Shown here in pieces: positions 37,449-47,459 of a stretch of 64,000 nucleotides of DNA. Location of the stretch: assembly GCA_026002915.1 (NCBI GenBank), contig BPGG01000001.1:405468-469467 (forward strand). The letters are read 5' to 3'. Made by a program: the position numbers and the translations under genes. The notes below the pieces were generated by a model. It saw nothing but the letters and a program-made list of their open reading frames with translations. It had not been told where the DNA came from and searched no databases. Origin of the DNA: Acidimicrobiales bacterium (GTDB taxonomy: Bacteria > Actinomycetota > Acidimicrobiia > Acidimicrobiales > BPGG01). The stretch's first letter is position 1, and every line of letters starts with the position of its first letter.

Positions 37449-40018
37449 GCATTCGCCTCGGCCGCCTCGCGGGCGAGCCTCAGCGCCTCCTCCAGACCGG
37501 ACGGATCTCTGCCACCTGCCATCGCGACCCGCTCCGCCTTCGTGTTCCCTCCTCCGCCGATTGCCTTCACCGCAGAGCCGATGAGCTCGCCGGCGTGGAT
37601 ACCGTCGCCCGCCACAGCCACGAGTGCGACCCCACCCTCGGGTGGCACCCCGCCCAGCACCACCGCTCTCACGCCGGGACGCTCGCGCACCGCCATGGCC
37701 AGAGTTCGCATGTCGTCCCGTCCGAGTCCGTCGACCCGGCCGGTCACTATCCCGTTCTCCGCCGTCGCCGCCAGCTCCGATGCCCGAACGGCGGCCAATT
37801 CCGTACGAAGAGCGGCCAACTCTGCTTTCAGCTGTCGCATCTCGGCCATGCGACGTTCGAGTCCGCCGAGGATCTCCTGCGAGGGCACACCCAGCATCTC
37901 TGCCGCCGCGGACAGCGTCGCCTCGAGTTCGCGCATCCTCTGGACGGGGGCGAGACCGGCGACGGCCTCGATCCGACGCAGGTTCGAGCCGATCGACCCC
38001 TCGGAGACGATCTTGATCAGGCCGATGTCGCCGAGTTGGTGCACATGGGTCCCGCCGCAAAGCTCGACGGAGTGAGGACCGGCCTCGAGAACCCTCACAC
38101 GCTCGCCGTACTTCTCGCCGAAGAACGCTATGGCGCCGATCTTCTCGGCGTACTCACGACTGGTCTCGTAGTGACGCACGGGATGGTTTGCGATCACCTG
38201 GGCGTTGGCGAGGTCCTCCACGGCCGCGATCTCCTCGGGCGTGAGGGCCTGATAGTGGCTGAAGTCGAAGCGCAGGCGGTCGGGTGCCACCAGGGAGCCC
38301 TGCTGCTTGACGTGCTCGCCGAGCACCTCCCGTAAGGCCCAATGGAGGAGGTGCGTGGCCGTGTGGTGCCGCCTGATCCGCTCCCGCCTCTCGGCGTCGA
38401 TCGCAGCGTGGACCCGCATTCCCACACCTACACCCTCGGTGGACCCCCTCACGACGTGACCGTGGAGACCGGGCAGCACGTACACCGTGTCCACGACCTC
38501 GAGGCGGAAGCCGTCGGCAGTGATCACTCCGGTATCACCGACTTGGCCGCCCGCCTCCGCGTAGAACGGGGTCCGGTCGAGGACGACCACGTCCCCCACT
38601 ACGGCGATCACGCGGGCATCGATCTCGTATACGTCCCTTCCGACGAACTCCGTGGGCCCGAACTCCTCGAGGACTTGCCGGAACCGCTCGACGTCGCGGT
38701 GGGCGACGTCCTTGGCGGCGGATCTGGCCCGCTCCTTCTGCTCCCGCATCTGTCGGTCGAATCCCTCCCGGTCGACCTCCACGCCCCGCTCGCGTGCGAT
38801 CTCCTCGGTGAGCTCCAGCGGAAAGCCGTGGGTGTCGTGGAGCACGAAGGCGACTGAACCATCGAGTCGTCCACCCGGCCCGATCCTCTCGAGCTCGCCG
38901 TCGAGGATGTTCATCCCCGCACGCAACGTCTGACGGAAGCGGCTCTCTTCCCGTTCGACGACCTCGAGGACGAAGTCTCTGTTCTTGGCCAGCTCCGGAT
39001 AGGCCTCCCCCATGAGCTCCACGCACTCGGCGACGAGAGTCGGCGCGACCAACTGCTCCTCCGCCCCGAGCAGGTAGGCGTGACGCACGAGACGGCGGAG
39101 CAGCCTGCGCAGCACATACCCACGGTCTTCGTTCGAGGGGAACACCCCGTCTGCGACGCAGAAGGCCACGGCTCGAGTGTGATCGGCGAGGATCCGCAGG
39201 CTGACGTCCGACTTCGCGGACTCGCCGTATCTCACGCCGCAAAGGCTCGCCGCCCTCGAGACGAGTGGAGCCAATACATCGGTCTCGAAGACCGAGGGGA
39301 CGTCCTGGAGCAAGACCAAGTTCCGCTCGAGCCCGGCTCCCGTGTCCACGTTTCTCGAGGGAAGGTCGGCGAGATCCCCAGCCGGTGTCCTCTCGTACTG
39401 CATGAACACCAGGTTCCAGAACTCGAGGTAGCGGTCGTCCGAACCGTGGGCGGGACCACCGCCTGCCCCGTAATCCTCGCCTCTGTCGAAGTAGAGCTCG
39501 GTGTTCGGACCACACGGTCCGGGGGCTCCCTTCTGCATCTCCCAGAAGTTGTCCTCGTCACCGAGCCGCTGGATGCGTTCCTGCGGAACTCCGACCGCGT
39601 CGCGCCAGATCTCCGCCGCCTCGTCGTCATCGTGATGTACGGTGACCCAGATCCGCTCCGGGTCGAACTCGAGGACTTCGGTGGAGAACCTCCAGGCCAG
39701 CCGGATCGCGCCTTCCTTGAAATAGTCCCCGAACGAGAAGTTCCCCAACATCTCGAAGAACGTGAGGTGGCGTGCCGTGGTCCCCACGACGTCGATGTCT
39801 CCCGTCCGGACGCACCGCTGCACGGACGCCGCGCGCGGATGAGGGGGAGGCTCCTCTCCGAGGAAGAAGGGCACGAACTGGTTCATCCCCGCGTTGGTGA
39901 ACAGCGGAGCCGTCGGATGATGCGGTATCAGGCTGGAGGAGGGCACGACGAGATGGTCTTCGCTGCTGAAGAAGTCCACCCACGCCCGCCTCAGCTCGTG
40001 AGCGGTCCGCGGTGCCAT
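37445..40018 (-). CDS. alaS: alanine-tRNA ligase
   Basis: Sequence MAPRTAHELRRAWVDFFSSEDHLVVPSSSLIP...FTNAGMNQF...FFEMLGNFSFGDYFK, plus the editing and DHHA1 domains. ATG at 40018. The upstream track extension is not homologous. Confidence 0.97.
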   Translation of the reverse strand: MAPRTAHELRRAWVDFFSSEDHLVVPSSSLIPHHPTAPLFTNAGMNQFVPFFLGEEPPPHPRAASVQRCVRTGDIDVVGTTARHLTFFEMLGNFSFGDYFKEGAIRLAWRFSTEVLEFDPERIWVTVHHDDDEAAEIWRDAVGVPQERIQRLGDEDNFWEMQKGAPGPCGPNTELYFDRGEDYGAGGGPAHGSDDRYLEFWNLVFMQYERTPAGDLADLPSRNVDTGAGLERNLVLLQDVPSVFETDVLAPLVSRAASLCGVRYGESAKSDVSLRILADHTRAVAFCVADGVFPSNEDRGYVLRRLLRRLVRHAYLLGAEEQLVAPTLVAECVELMGEAYPELAKNRDFVLEVVEREESRFRQTLRAGMNILDGELERIGPGGRLDGSVAFVLHDTHGFPLELTEEIARERGVEVDREGFDRQMREQKERARSAAKDVAHRDVERFRQVLEEFGPTEFVGRDVYEIDARVIAVVGDVVVLDRTPFYAEAGGQVGDTGVITADGFRLEVVDTVYVLPGLHGHVVRGSTEGVGVGMRVHAAIDAERRERIRRHHTATHLLHWALREVLGEHVKQQGSLVAPDRLRFDFSHYQALTPEEIAAVEDLANAQVIANHPVRHYETSREYAEKIGAIAFFGEKYGERVRVLEAGPHSVELCGGTHVHQLGDIGLIKIVSEGSIGSNLRRIEAVAGLAPVQRMRELEATLSAAAEMLGVPSQEILGGLERRMAEMRQLKAELAALRTELAAVRASELAATAENGIVTGRVDGLGRDDMRTLAMAVRERPGVRAVVLGGVPPEGGVALVAVAGDGIHAGELIGSAVKAIGGGGNTKAERVAMAGGRDPSGLEEALRLAREAAEANA

Positions 40019-40210
40019 GCGACATATCAGCCTAGCCCACCCTCGCTCACGCTCGGTCCGTCCCGCGTCGCCTCTCCGGACTCGGGCGGTAAGGGACTCT
40101 CCGTCGGGGCTCCGACGAGGACGAGACGGCCTTCCCAGAGGGCTCGCAAGGCACACGGTATCTCCGCCGACGCCTTTGCCGCCACCACATCGCAGAAGCC
40201 GTCGAGGCGA

Positions 40211-40888
40211 ATGTGGCACTATCCGTGTGTGCGAGACTTCGTGCGTCTCGTCTTCTGGACATGGTTCTGCGTCTCGGTCGTGATCCTCGTCGCACGAGCG
40301 TTCGGCAGACGACGAAAGAGTCCCTCCGCACCCTCCACCGGTCCGGCCTCCTCCACCCCGACCTCTGCCTCCCCACTCCCTGGTCCCACGACCCCGACAC
40401 CTCCGACGATCGGCTCCGCGTCGGAGAGGCGTCCCGACACCGCTGCGGACGCTTCCGTCTGGCAGGGCCGGCCCGACATCGCTGCGAACGTCTTCACTCC
40501 TCCCGATCCGGAGTCGGTGCGTCGCTCAACCGACACGCCATCCACCTCGGGCAGGCCGATCTCCCTGGCGGAAGCCCTCTCCGGCATCCGCATGCCGGGA
40601 GACCTCGTTCCGCTCGTTCATTTCATTCCCCCGCCCGCTGCGTCGGACTCGGTCTCCTTCGTGGGGGGCGACCCGCCCGACTCCGTGGGTCCGGCCCTCG
40701 TGTCCGAGCTAGAGCGGCTCGGCTACGAGACTTCCGTGACTTCCAGCACCACGCTTCGGGCCACCCGGGAGGGGATCGTCGTCAACGTGGAGGTGCACAC
40801 GAATCCTGCTGCCGTCCTGCGGGGCGGCGTAGCGGCCTTCTCGGGCGTCCGGGAAGGTCAGATCGTGGTCGAGTTCTGGATCGCCTGA
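40211..40888 (+). CDS. hypothetical membrane-anchored protein (N-terminal TM helix, Pro/Ser/Thr linker, C-terminal domain of about 110 aa)
   Basis: The last 225 codons of a 602-aa track ORF. ATG 40211 is followed by FVRLVFWTWFCVSVVILVARAF, then SPSAPSTGPASSTPTSASPLPGPTTPTPPT. Third-position G/C is strongly enriched, as in neighbouring genes. I recognise no family. Confidence 0.55.
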   Translation: MWHYPCVRDFVRLVFWTWFCVSVVILVARAFGRRRKSPSAPSTGPASSTPTSASPLPGPTTPTPPTIGSASERRPDTAADASVWQGRPDIAANVFTPPDPESVRRSTDTPSTSGRPISLAEALSGIRMPGDLVPLVHFIPPPAASDSVSFVGGDPPDSVGPALVSELERLGYETSVTSSTTLRATREGIVVNVEVHTNPAAVLRGGVAAFSGVREGQIVVEFWIA

Positions 40889-42681
40889 TCCGACTCGTCG
40901 GGCACGCCCGAACCCGGCACGACGATCCCCAGCTCCTCCAGCTGCAGGGGATCCGGCTCGCTCGGAGCTCCCGTCAGCGGGTCGACCCCGGACTGGGTCT
41001 TGGGAAAGGCGATCACCTCTCTGATGTTCTCCTCGCCACACAACACCGCGACGAACCGGTCGATGCCGAGGGCGAAGCCCCCGTGGGGCGGTGCACCATA
41101 ACCAAAGGCCTCCAGGAGAAAACCGAACCTCTTGCGCGCCACCTCCTCGGAGAGTCCGAGCAGTCGGAAGACGAGAGCCTGGACTGCGGGATCTGTTATC
41201 CGAATGCTCCCGGAACCCAGCTCCCAGCCGTTCACCACGAGGTCGTACGCGAGCGACCGGACCGAAAGCCTCTCCTCGTCGTCCAGGTAGTCCCACCTCT
41301 CGAGCATCGGCAGGTCCTCGGGATGGGGCATCGTGAAAGGATGGTGGGCGGGACGGGGAATCCCTGACTCCACGGCCTCGAACAACGGGAAATCCACCAC
41401 CCAGAGGAAGACGAGATCGCCCGGAGCCCCCACCGACTCACCGAGATGAGTCCTGAGACGTCCGAGCACCTCGTTGGCCGTGGGGCGCTTGTCGGCGACC
41501 AGCAGCAGCAAGTCGCCGTCTTCGGCTCCCATGGCCTCGACGAGGCGGGGTGCTTCCCTCTCGACATGACGTGCGAGCGGCGACTCGACACCGCCCCCTG
41601 CCACGCGGAACCACGCCAGCCCTCCGGCACCCCAGCTCTTGGCGAGTTCGGTGAGCCGGTCCAGCCGCGCACGGGAGACGTCCGCTCCTCCCGGAACCCT
41701 CAAGCCCTTCACGCACGGAGCCCGGAAGACACGTGCCTCGGTCTCTGCGAACACCGAGCTGACGTCCACCAACTCCATGCCGAGACGCAAGTCCGGCTTG
41801 TCGGTCCCGTAGCGCTCCATCACCTCGTGCCAGGTCGCGGTCTCGAACGAGGGCCTGGTCCCGAGCACCTCTTCGACCGCGGAGGCCACTGCCGAGGAGA
41901 CGAACTCGATCACGTCGTCCGGTCCGACGAAACTCGCCTCGAGGTCGAGCTGCGTGAACTCGAACTGCCGGTCGGCCCGCAGGTCCTCGTCCCGCAGACA
42001 GCGGGCTATCTGGTAATAGCGGTCCACCCCACCGACCATGCACAACTGCTTGAAGAGCTGCGGGCTCTGGGGCAGCGCGTAGAACTTCCCCCTGTGCAGA
42101 CGTGAAGGCACCAGAAAGTCTCTCGCGCCCTCGGGCGTGGCGGCGACCAGCAGCGGCGTCTCGACCTCGACGAAACCCATCGAGTCCATCGCTGAGCGGA
42201 GCGCCCTCAGCACCCGAGCCCTCGTGCGCAGGTTCCTCTGCATGCGCTCGGAGCGGAGATCCAGATAGCGGTGGCGCAGTCTCGTCGTCTCGTCGATGTG
42301 CTGCGATCGGCTCGGCAGGAAAGGCGGTGGTTCGGCACGTGACAGGACCTCTACTTCGCAGTCGACCAGCTCGACGGACCCGGTCGGAATCTTCGGGTTC
42401 TCCGTACCCTCGGGTCTCAGACGCACCGTCCCGACGATTCGCAGCACCGATTCGGTCCGTGCCTCGGCTGCGGAGTCCACCACGCACTGCACCACGCCGG
42501 TGTAGTCCCGCAGATCCACGAAGGAGAGATGCTCCCCGTGCTCCCTCCTCGCACTCACCCACCCGCAGACGGCGACGCGCCTGCCCACGTCGCCCTCGCG
42601 CAGCTCTCCGCACCACGCCGTCCTCTTCGGACTCGGTGGGATACCGTCCTCGGATGCCTCATCCAACCTCTCGTCATCCAA
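40858..42681 (-). CDS. aspS: aspartate-tRNA ligase
   Basis: Sequence RTAWCGELREGDVGRRVAVCGWV..RREHGEHLSFVDLRDYTGVVQ...FYALPQSPQLFKQ...GGGS.RI. The start is set at TTG 42681 (GGGAGGAG 8 nt upstream). The track ORF starts at GTG 42708. Confidence 0.94.
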   Translation of the reverse strand: MDDERLDEASEDGIPPSPKRTAWCGELREGDVGRRVAVCGWVSARREHGEHLSFVDLRDYTGVVQCVVDSAAEARTESVLRIVGTVRLRPEGTENPKIPTGSVELVDCEVEVLSRAEPPPFLPSRSQHIDETTRLRHRYLDLRSERMQRNLRTRARVLRALRSAMDSMGFVEVETPLLVAATPEGARDFLVPSRLHRGKFYALPQSPQLFKQLCMVGGVDRYYQIARCLRDEDLRADRQFEFTQLDLEASFVGPDDVIEFVSSAVASAVEEVLGTRPSFETATWHEVMERYGTDKPDLRLGMELVDVSSVFAETEARVFRAPCVKGLRVPGGADVSRARLDRLTELAKSWGAGGLAWFRVAGGGVESPLARHVEREAPRLVEAMGAEDGDLLLLVADKRPTANEVLGRLRTHLGESVGAPGDLVFLWVVDFPLFEAVESGIPRPAHHPFTMPHPEDLPMLERWDYLDDEERLSVRSLAYDLVVNGWELGSGSIRITDPAVQALVFRLLGLSEEVARKRFGFLLEAFGYGAPPHGGFALGIDRFVAVLCGEENIREVIAFPKTQSGVDPLTGAPSEPDPLQLEELGIVVPGSGVPDESDQAIQNSTTI

Positions 42682-43957
42682 CTTCTCGACTCCTCCCGAT
42701 CCATGCACCGAGCTCGCTCTCGAGCTCCGAGCGGGCGATCCGCTTCTGAACAGCCCCGCCGTCCGAGCGGAGGTCGCGTAGGGTCACCTCACCCGAGCTC
42801 GCCTCGTCCTCACCCACGATCACGGCCACTCGGGCGCCGGAACGATCCGCGGCGCGCATCTGAGACTTCATCGACCGACCGCCCCAGGCGCGGTCGACGG
42901 AGAACCCCGCCTTGCGCAGACGCAGGGTGATCTCCCGTGCCGCAGAACCGTCCACGACGTCCACTACGAATGCATCCAGACGCCTCTCGGGACAGGGGAA
43001 GACGCCCTCACGGTCGCAGGCGAGCAGCACCCGCTCCACTCCACATCCGAATCCGAGGCCCGGCGTGGGCGGGCCCCCCAAGGCTTCCACCAGCCCGTCG
43101 TAGCGGCCCCCTCCGCCGAGGGTGTTCTGCGCGGCGTCCAGAGCCGCAGAACGGATCTCGAAGGTGGTGTGCGTGTAGTAGTCCAGACCACGCACGAGCC
43201 TGGGATCCACGCGATGCGGTACGCCTGCTCCGGTCAGACCTTCGAGCACGCGTTCGAACCGCCTGCGGGATTCCGCGGAGACGGCATCCACGAGAGCAGG
43301 CGCTTCTCGTGTCGCCGCCACGGTCGCGGGTCGCTTCGAGTCGAGCACCCGCAGCGGATGCGTATCGATCTTCTGCCTGTCTTCGGGATCCAGGCTCTCT
43401 GCCCGTTCCGCCAGCCATCGCGACAGCCGCGCGGCATAACGGCCACGATCCTCGGGCGTCCCCATGGTGTTCACGACGAGTTCCAGATCCTGCAGACCGA
43501 GCGAGCAGAGGAACTCCCACAGCAAGACGATCACCTCGACGTCCGCATCGGGGTCGTCCACACCGAGCAGCTCCACACCGAGTTGGTGATGCTGCCTGTA
43601 GCGGCCCGCCTGTGGGGCCTCGTAGCGGAAGTTCGGGGCGACGTACCACACCTTCCACGGCAGCGGGGGACGGTGTTGCACCCAAGCCCTGACGGCCGAC
43701 GCAGTCCCCTCGGGGCGGAGCGCCATGCGTCGCCCACCCCGGTCCTCGAACTCGTACATCTCCTTGCGCACCACGTCGGTTCCTTCCCCCATGCGCGCGA
43801 AGACGCCCACGTCCTCGAACATCGGCGAGACGAGCAGTCCGTATCCGGCGCGCCCGACCTGACCCGCGAACCCTACGACCAGCTCCGCCCACCGGTCCGA
43901 CTCCGGAGGCAGGACGTCACGAGTCCCCTTGGGAGCGGAGAAGCGTTCGACCTTCAT
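42674..43957 (-). CDS. hisS: histidine-tRNA ligase
   Basis: Sequence MKVERFSAPKGTRDVLP...ALRPEGTASAVRA...YRYEAPQAGRYRQHHQ...GGGRYDGL. Confidence 0.96.
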   Translation of the reverse strand: MKVERFSAPKGTRDVLPPESDRWAELVVGFAGQVGRAGYGLLVSPMFEDVGVFARMGEGTDVVRKEMYEFEDRGGRRMALRPEGTASAVRAWVQHRPPLPWKVWYVAPNFRYEAPQAGRYRQHHQLGVELLGVDDPDADVEVIVLLWEFLCSLGLQDLELVVNTMGTPEDRGRYAARLSRWLAERAESLDPEDRQKIDTHPLRVLDSKRPATVAATREAPALVDAVSAESRRRFERVLEGLTGAGVPHRVDPRLVRGLDYYTHTTFEIRSAALDAAQNTLGGGGRYDGLVEALGGPPTPGLGFGCGVERVLLACDREGVFPCPERRLDAFVVDVVDGSAAREITLRLRKAGFSVDRAWGGRSMKSQMRAADRSGARVAVIVGEDEASSGEVTLRDLRSDGGAVQKRIARSELESELGAWIGRSREVG

Positions 43958-43997
43958 CTCGTCGAACTCTAGAACCCCGTCCCCTACGGTCCGCCGT

Positions 43998-46208
43998 TCA
44001 GCGCCTGGCTCCGGGGAGGAGCCTGTAAGCGTCGTAGACGCTGTCGATCGCTCTTATGCGCGAGAGGATCACCTCCACCTGAGAGGCGTCTCCGAGCTCG
44101 AATTCGAAGCGCAGCCGCGCTATGCGGTCGGGTCCGGTGTGGGTCGAGCAGTGCGTGATGTTCGCATGGTGGTCCGACAACACCGCCACGACGTCTTGTA
44201 GGAGCCGTGCACGGTCGAGTGCCTTCACCTCCACCGCCGCGATGAACTCCGCCCCCGGTGACGCCGCCCACTCGACGTCGATCAGTCGATCCCCCTGTTC
44301 TGCTGCGAGCACCACGGCATTGGCGCAGTCCGACCGGTGGATCGACACACCTCTACCCCTCGTGACGAAGCCGATGATCTCGTCACCGGGAACGGGACGG
44401 CAGCAGCGAGAGAACCTGATGAGCACGTCGTCGAGGCCTTCGACGTGCACGCCGGTGCCGGACCCCCTCGAACGCGGCGGTCGCGTGCGTACGGTGGTGG
44501 GGAGCTGTTCGGAGACGTCGGGCTCGCCGGACATCTTCCTGCGCACCCGCCCGGCTACTGCACGCGCAGAGACGTGGTTCGCCCCGATCGCCGCGAACAG
44601 GGCGTCACGATCCTGATAGTTCAGGCTGGCCGCGACCGCATCCAGCACGTCTCCGCCGAGAACCTTCTGAGCCGGAAGGCCTTCGCGCCTCAGGGCCCGG
44701 AGCAGCTCCTCGCGGCCAGAGTCGATCGCGTCTTCACGTTCTTCTCTGGCGAACCACTGGCGGATCTTCGACTTGGCGCGATGGGTGACCACGAAGGAGA
44801 GCCAGTCACGCGAGGGACCGGTGGTCTCACCTCGTGATGTGAATATCTCCACGGTGTTCCCCGACTGGAGCTTCGTGTCGAGAGGAACCAGGCGACCGTC
44901 CACGCGGGCACCGATGCACGAGTGGCCGACTTCGGTGTGTATCGCGTATGCGAAGTCGACCGGCGTGGAGCCCATCGGGAGGGTCACGACCTCACCCTTC
45001 GGGGTGAAGACGAACACCTCGTCCTGCTCCAGGTCGAGGCGAAGGTTGGTCATGAACTCGTCGGGATCCTCGGAGTCTGCCTGCCACTCGACCAACCTCT
45101 TCAACCAGTCCATCTCTTCGCTCGGGGAGTCCGACTTGTAGAGCCAATGCGCCGCGATCCCGTACTCGGCGCGCTGATGCATCTCCCGCGTTCGGATCTG
45201 GACCTCTATGTGCTTGCCCTGTGGGCCGACCACGGTCGTGTGGAGGGACTGGTAGAGGTTGAACTTCGGCATCGCGATGTAGTCCTTGAAGCGTCCCTGC
45301 ACGGGCTTCCAACGGGAATGGACGCTCCCCAACACGGCGTAGCAGTCACGCACGTTCTCGGTGATCACCCTGATCCCGATCAGGTCGTAGATGTCGTCGA
45401 ACTCCCGACCCTTCACGACCATCTTTTCGTAGATGCTCCAGAGATGCTTCGGGCGTCCGGTCACCTGGGCTTTGATCCCCGCCCGCGCGAGTTGCTCGCT
45501 CACCTCACCGATGAGCTGGGCCAGGTAGAGGTCCCGCTCGGGCGCCCGCATGGCGACCATGTGGTCGATCTCCGCATAGCGCTTGGGGTGAAGTGTCGCG
45601 AATGCCAGATCCTCCAGTTGCTGACGGATCTCCTGCATCCCGAGACGATGGGCGAGGGGTGCGTACACCTCCATCGTCTCCTCGGCCACCGACCTCTGCT
45701 TGTAGGCGGGAAGTGCGGCGACGGTGCGCATGTTGTGGAGACGATCCGCGAGCTTGATGATCAGGACCCTTATGTCCCGGGCCATGGCCACGATCATCTT
45801 CCGGAGCGTCGCCGCCTGTTGTGCCTCCCGGGACGAGAAGTCGATCCTGTCGAGCTTGGTCACTCCGTCGACGATCGCGGCTACTTCCGGACCGAAGATC
45901 GAACGCACGTCGTCGACAGACAGACCCGTGTCCTCCACCGTGTCGTGCAGGAGGGCCGCCGCCACCGCGACGTCGTCGAGCCCGAGTTCCGCGACTATCT
46001 GCGCGACCGCCAGCGGGTGCCGTATGTACGGTTCACCGGAGCGCCTTTCTTGGCCGCCGTGCACCTCAGAAGCGACCTCCCAAGCCTTCACCAGGAGGTC
46101 GGGACTCGAGCGGGGATGACGGCTCCGCCAGAGGCTCAGGAGCGGAGCGAGCTCTGCCGACGGAGCCTCGTTCCTACGCCATGGCAACACCCGCGAGACC
46201 GTTGGCAT
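43998..46208 (-). CDS. rel: bifunctional (p)ppGpp synthetase/hydrolase Rel
   Basis: HD domain (HPLAVAQIV...LLHDTVEDT), synthetase domain (DLIGIRVI...YQSLHTTV), then TGS and ACT domains. GGGGAGG lies before ATG 46208. Confidence 0.96.
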   Translation of the reverse strand: MPTVSRVLPWRRNEAPSAELAPLLSLWRSRHPRSSPDLLVKAWEVASEVHGGQERRSGEPYIRHPLAVAQIVAELGLDDVAVAAALLHDTVEDTGLSVDDVRSIFGPEVAAIVDGVTKLDRIDFSSREAQQAATLRKMIVAMARDIRVLIIKLADRLHNMRTVAALPAYKQRSVAEETMEVYAPLAHRLGMQEIRQQLEDLAFATLHPKRYAEIDHMVAMRAPERDLYLAQLIGEVSEQLARAGIKAQVTGRPKHLWSIYEKMVVKGREFDDIYDLIGIRVITENVRDCYAVLGSVHSRWKPVQGRFKDYIAMPKFNLYQSLHTTVVGPQGKHIEVQIRTREMHQRAEYGIAAHWLYKSDSPSEEMDWLKRLVEWQADSEDPDEFMTNLRLDLEQDEVFVFTPKGEVVTLPMGSTPVDFAYAIHTEVGHSCIGARVDGRLVPLDTKLQSGNTVEIFTSRGETTGPSRDWLSFVVTHRAKSKIRQWFAREEREDAIDSGREELLRALRREGLPAQKVLGGDVLDAVAASLNYQDRDALFAAIGANHVSARAVAGRVRRKMSGEPDVSEQLPTTVRTRPPRSRGSGTGVHVEGLDDVLIRFSRCCRPVPGDEIIGFVTRGRGVSIHRSDCANAVVLAAEQGDRLIDVEWAASPGAEFIAAVEVKALDRARLLQDVVAVLSDHHANITHCSTHTGPDRIARLRFEFELGDASQVEVILSRIRAIDSVYDAYRLLPGARR

Positions 46209-46343
46209 TCGTACCTCCCCTACAGAACGGTACAGCCCACGCCGCCGTCTCGTGGGGTGTCTCTTGCCTTCTCGGCGCGATCAGAGCACTTGCGACCGCC
46301 GCTGCGAGCCGTTTCTGCGAGCAGCCTCTCCGAGCGCGCCTGG

Positions 46344-47459
46344 TCAGGTCCGGCGGCGTCGGCCGCGGGTCCTCTCGCGCGATCTCTTTCGGGGCCTCGG
46401 TGCATGCTCCAGCAGGCGCCTCAGCTCCGTGTGGTCCGAGGTCGCGTCCCCCGTTCCAGCGTCGACAGGCTGCTCGCCGCGCCGGCCGGGGCCGCTTCCG
46501 CTCGGTCGCCGCTCAGAGGAGGCTCCTCGACGCGGCGACCCGAGCCGCCGCTGCTTCAGCCAGACCAAGACCGGGGCGGCGACGAACAGCGACGAATAGG
46601 CACCCACCAGCAGGCCGACGAACAGTGCGAAGGCGAAGTCTCTCAGCGTCGCAGCACCGAAGAACACCGACCCCACCAGCAGGAGCGAGATAACGGGTAT
46701 GAGCGACGTCACTGTGGTGTTGACGGAGCGACCGAGGACCTGCTCCATGGATGCGTCCACCAGACGTGCGTAATCCAGCTTCTCCGATAACGCCGGTCGC
46801 GTCTGGTTCTCGGCGACCCGGTCGTAGACGACGATGGTGTCGTACAGCGAGTAGCCGAGGATCGTGAGGAAAGCGATCACCGTGGCTGGAGTCACCTCGG
46901 ACTGGGTGACGGAGTACACCCCGGCAGTGATCACGATGTCGTGCACTACGGCGACCAGAGCTCCCGCCGCCATGGCCCACTCGAACCTCAACGTTATGTA
47001 CAGAGCGACCACCACGAAGAAGAACAGCAACGCCCGCCGGGCTGCTGCGGTGATCTCGGCACCCCAAGCCGGACCCACCGTGGTGACGTCGATCTCGTCC
47101 GGGTCGGTTCCGGCCGCCTTTGCGAGCGCTCTCGTGACGTCTCTGGCGGCCCGGGCATCCTCGACGACGTCCACGTCGGCCTGAACTCGTATCCGGCGCC
47201 CTGCTTCGGGGTCCTCTACCACCTGGATCTTCGCGTTCGCCGCGCCCGCAGCACGCATCACGTCGCGTACCCGTTCGACGCCGAGATCCTCTGCCGGAAC
47301 CTCCCAACGCCCGCCTCCCTCGAAGTCGATCCCGAGGTTCAGCCCGCGCGTCAGCAGCGCCGCCACGGAGGCGACGAGAAGGACGGCCGACAGGATCATC
47401 GCCTTCGGCCAAAGGCGGACGAACCTCCCCGGGTTCTCCACCGTGAGCGAGCGCTTCAC
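46344..47459 (-). CDS. secF: protein translocase subunit SecF (with a basic C-terminal tail)
   Basis: Sequence LNLGIDFEGG...AFLTILGYSLYDTIVVYDRV... GTG 47459 overlaps the secD stop (GTGA). Confidence 0.92.
   Translation of the reverse strand: MKRSLTVENPGRFVRLWPKAMILSAVLLVASVAALLTRGLNLGIDFEGGGRWEVPAEDLGVERVRDVMRAAGAANAKIQVVEDPEAGRRIRVQADVDVVEDARAARDVTRALAKAAGTDPDEIDVTTVGPAWGAEITAAARRALLFFFVVVALYITLRFEWAMAAGALVAVVHDIVITAGVYSVTQSEVTPATVIAFLTILGYSLYDTIVVYDRVAENQTRPALSEKLDYARLVDASMEQVLGRSVNTTVTSLIPVISLLLVGSVFFGAATLRDFAFALFVGLLVGAYSSLFVAAPVLVWLKQRRLGSPRRGASSERRPSGSGPGRRGEQPVDAGTGDATSDHTELRRLLEHAPRPRKRSRERTRGRRRRT

Noticed and set aside
39080-40210. The upstream 377 codons of the 602-aa plus-strand ORF.
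   Set aside because: They are antisense to alaS with no coding signature of their own. Only the part from ATG 40211 lies in otherwise non-coding DNA.
40019-40210. A T-box or other leader for alaS, and similarly for hisS and aspS.
   Set aside because: I saw no T-box core (GGUGGUACCGCG-like) or terminator/antiterminator pair. hisS and aspS have almost no upstream spacer. This was not tested with a covariance model.
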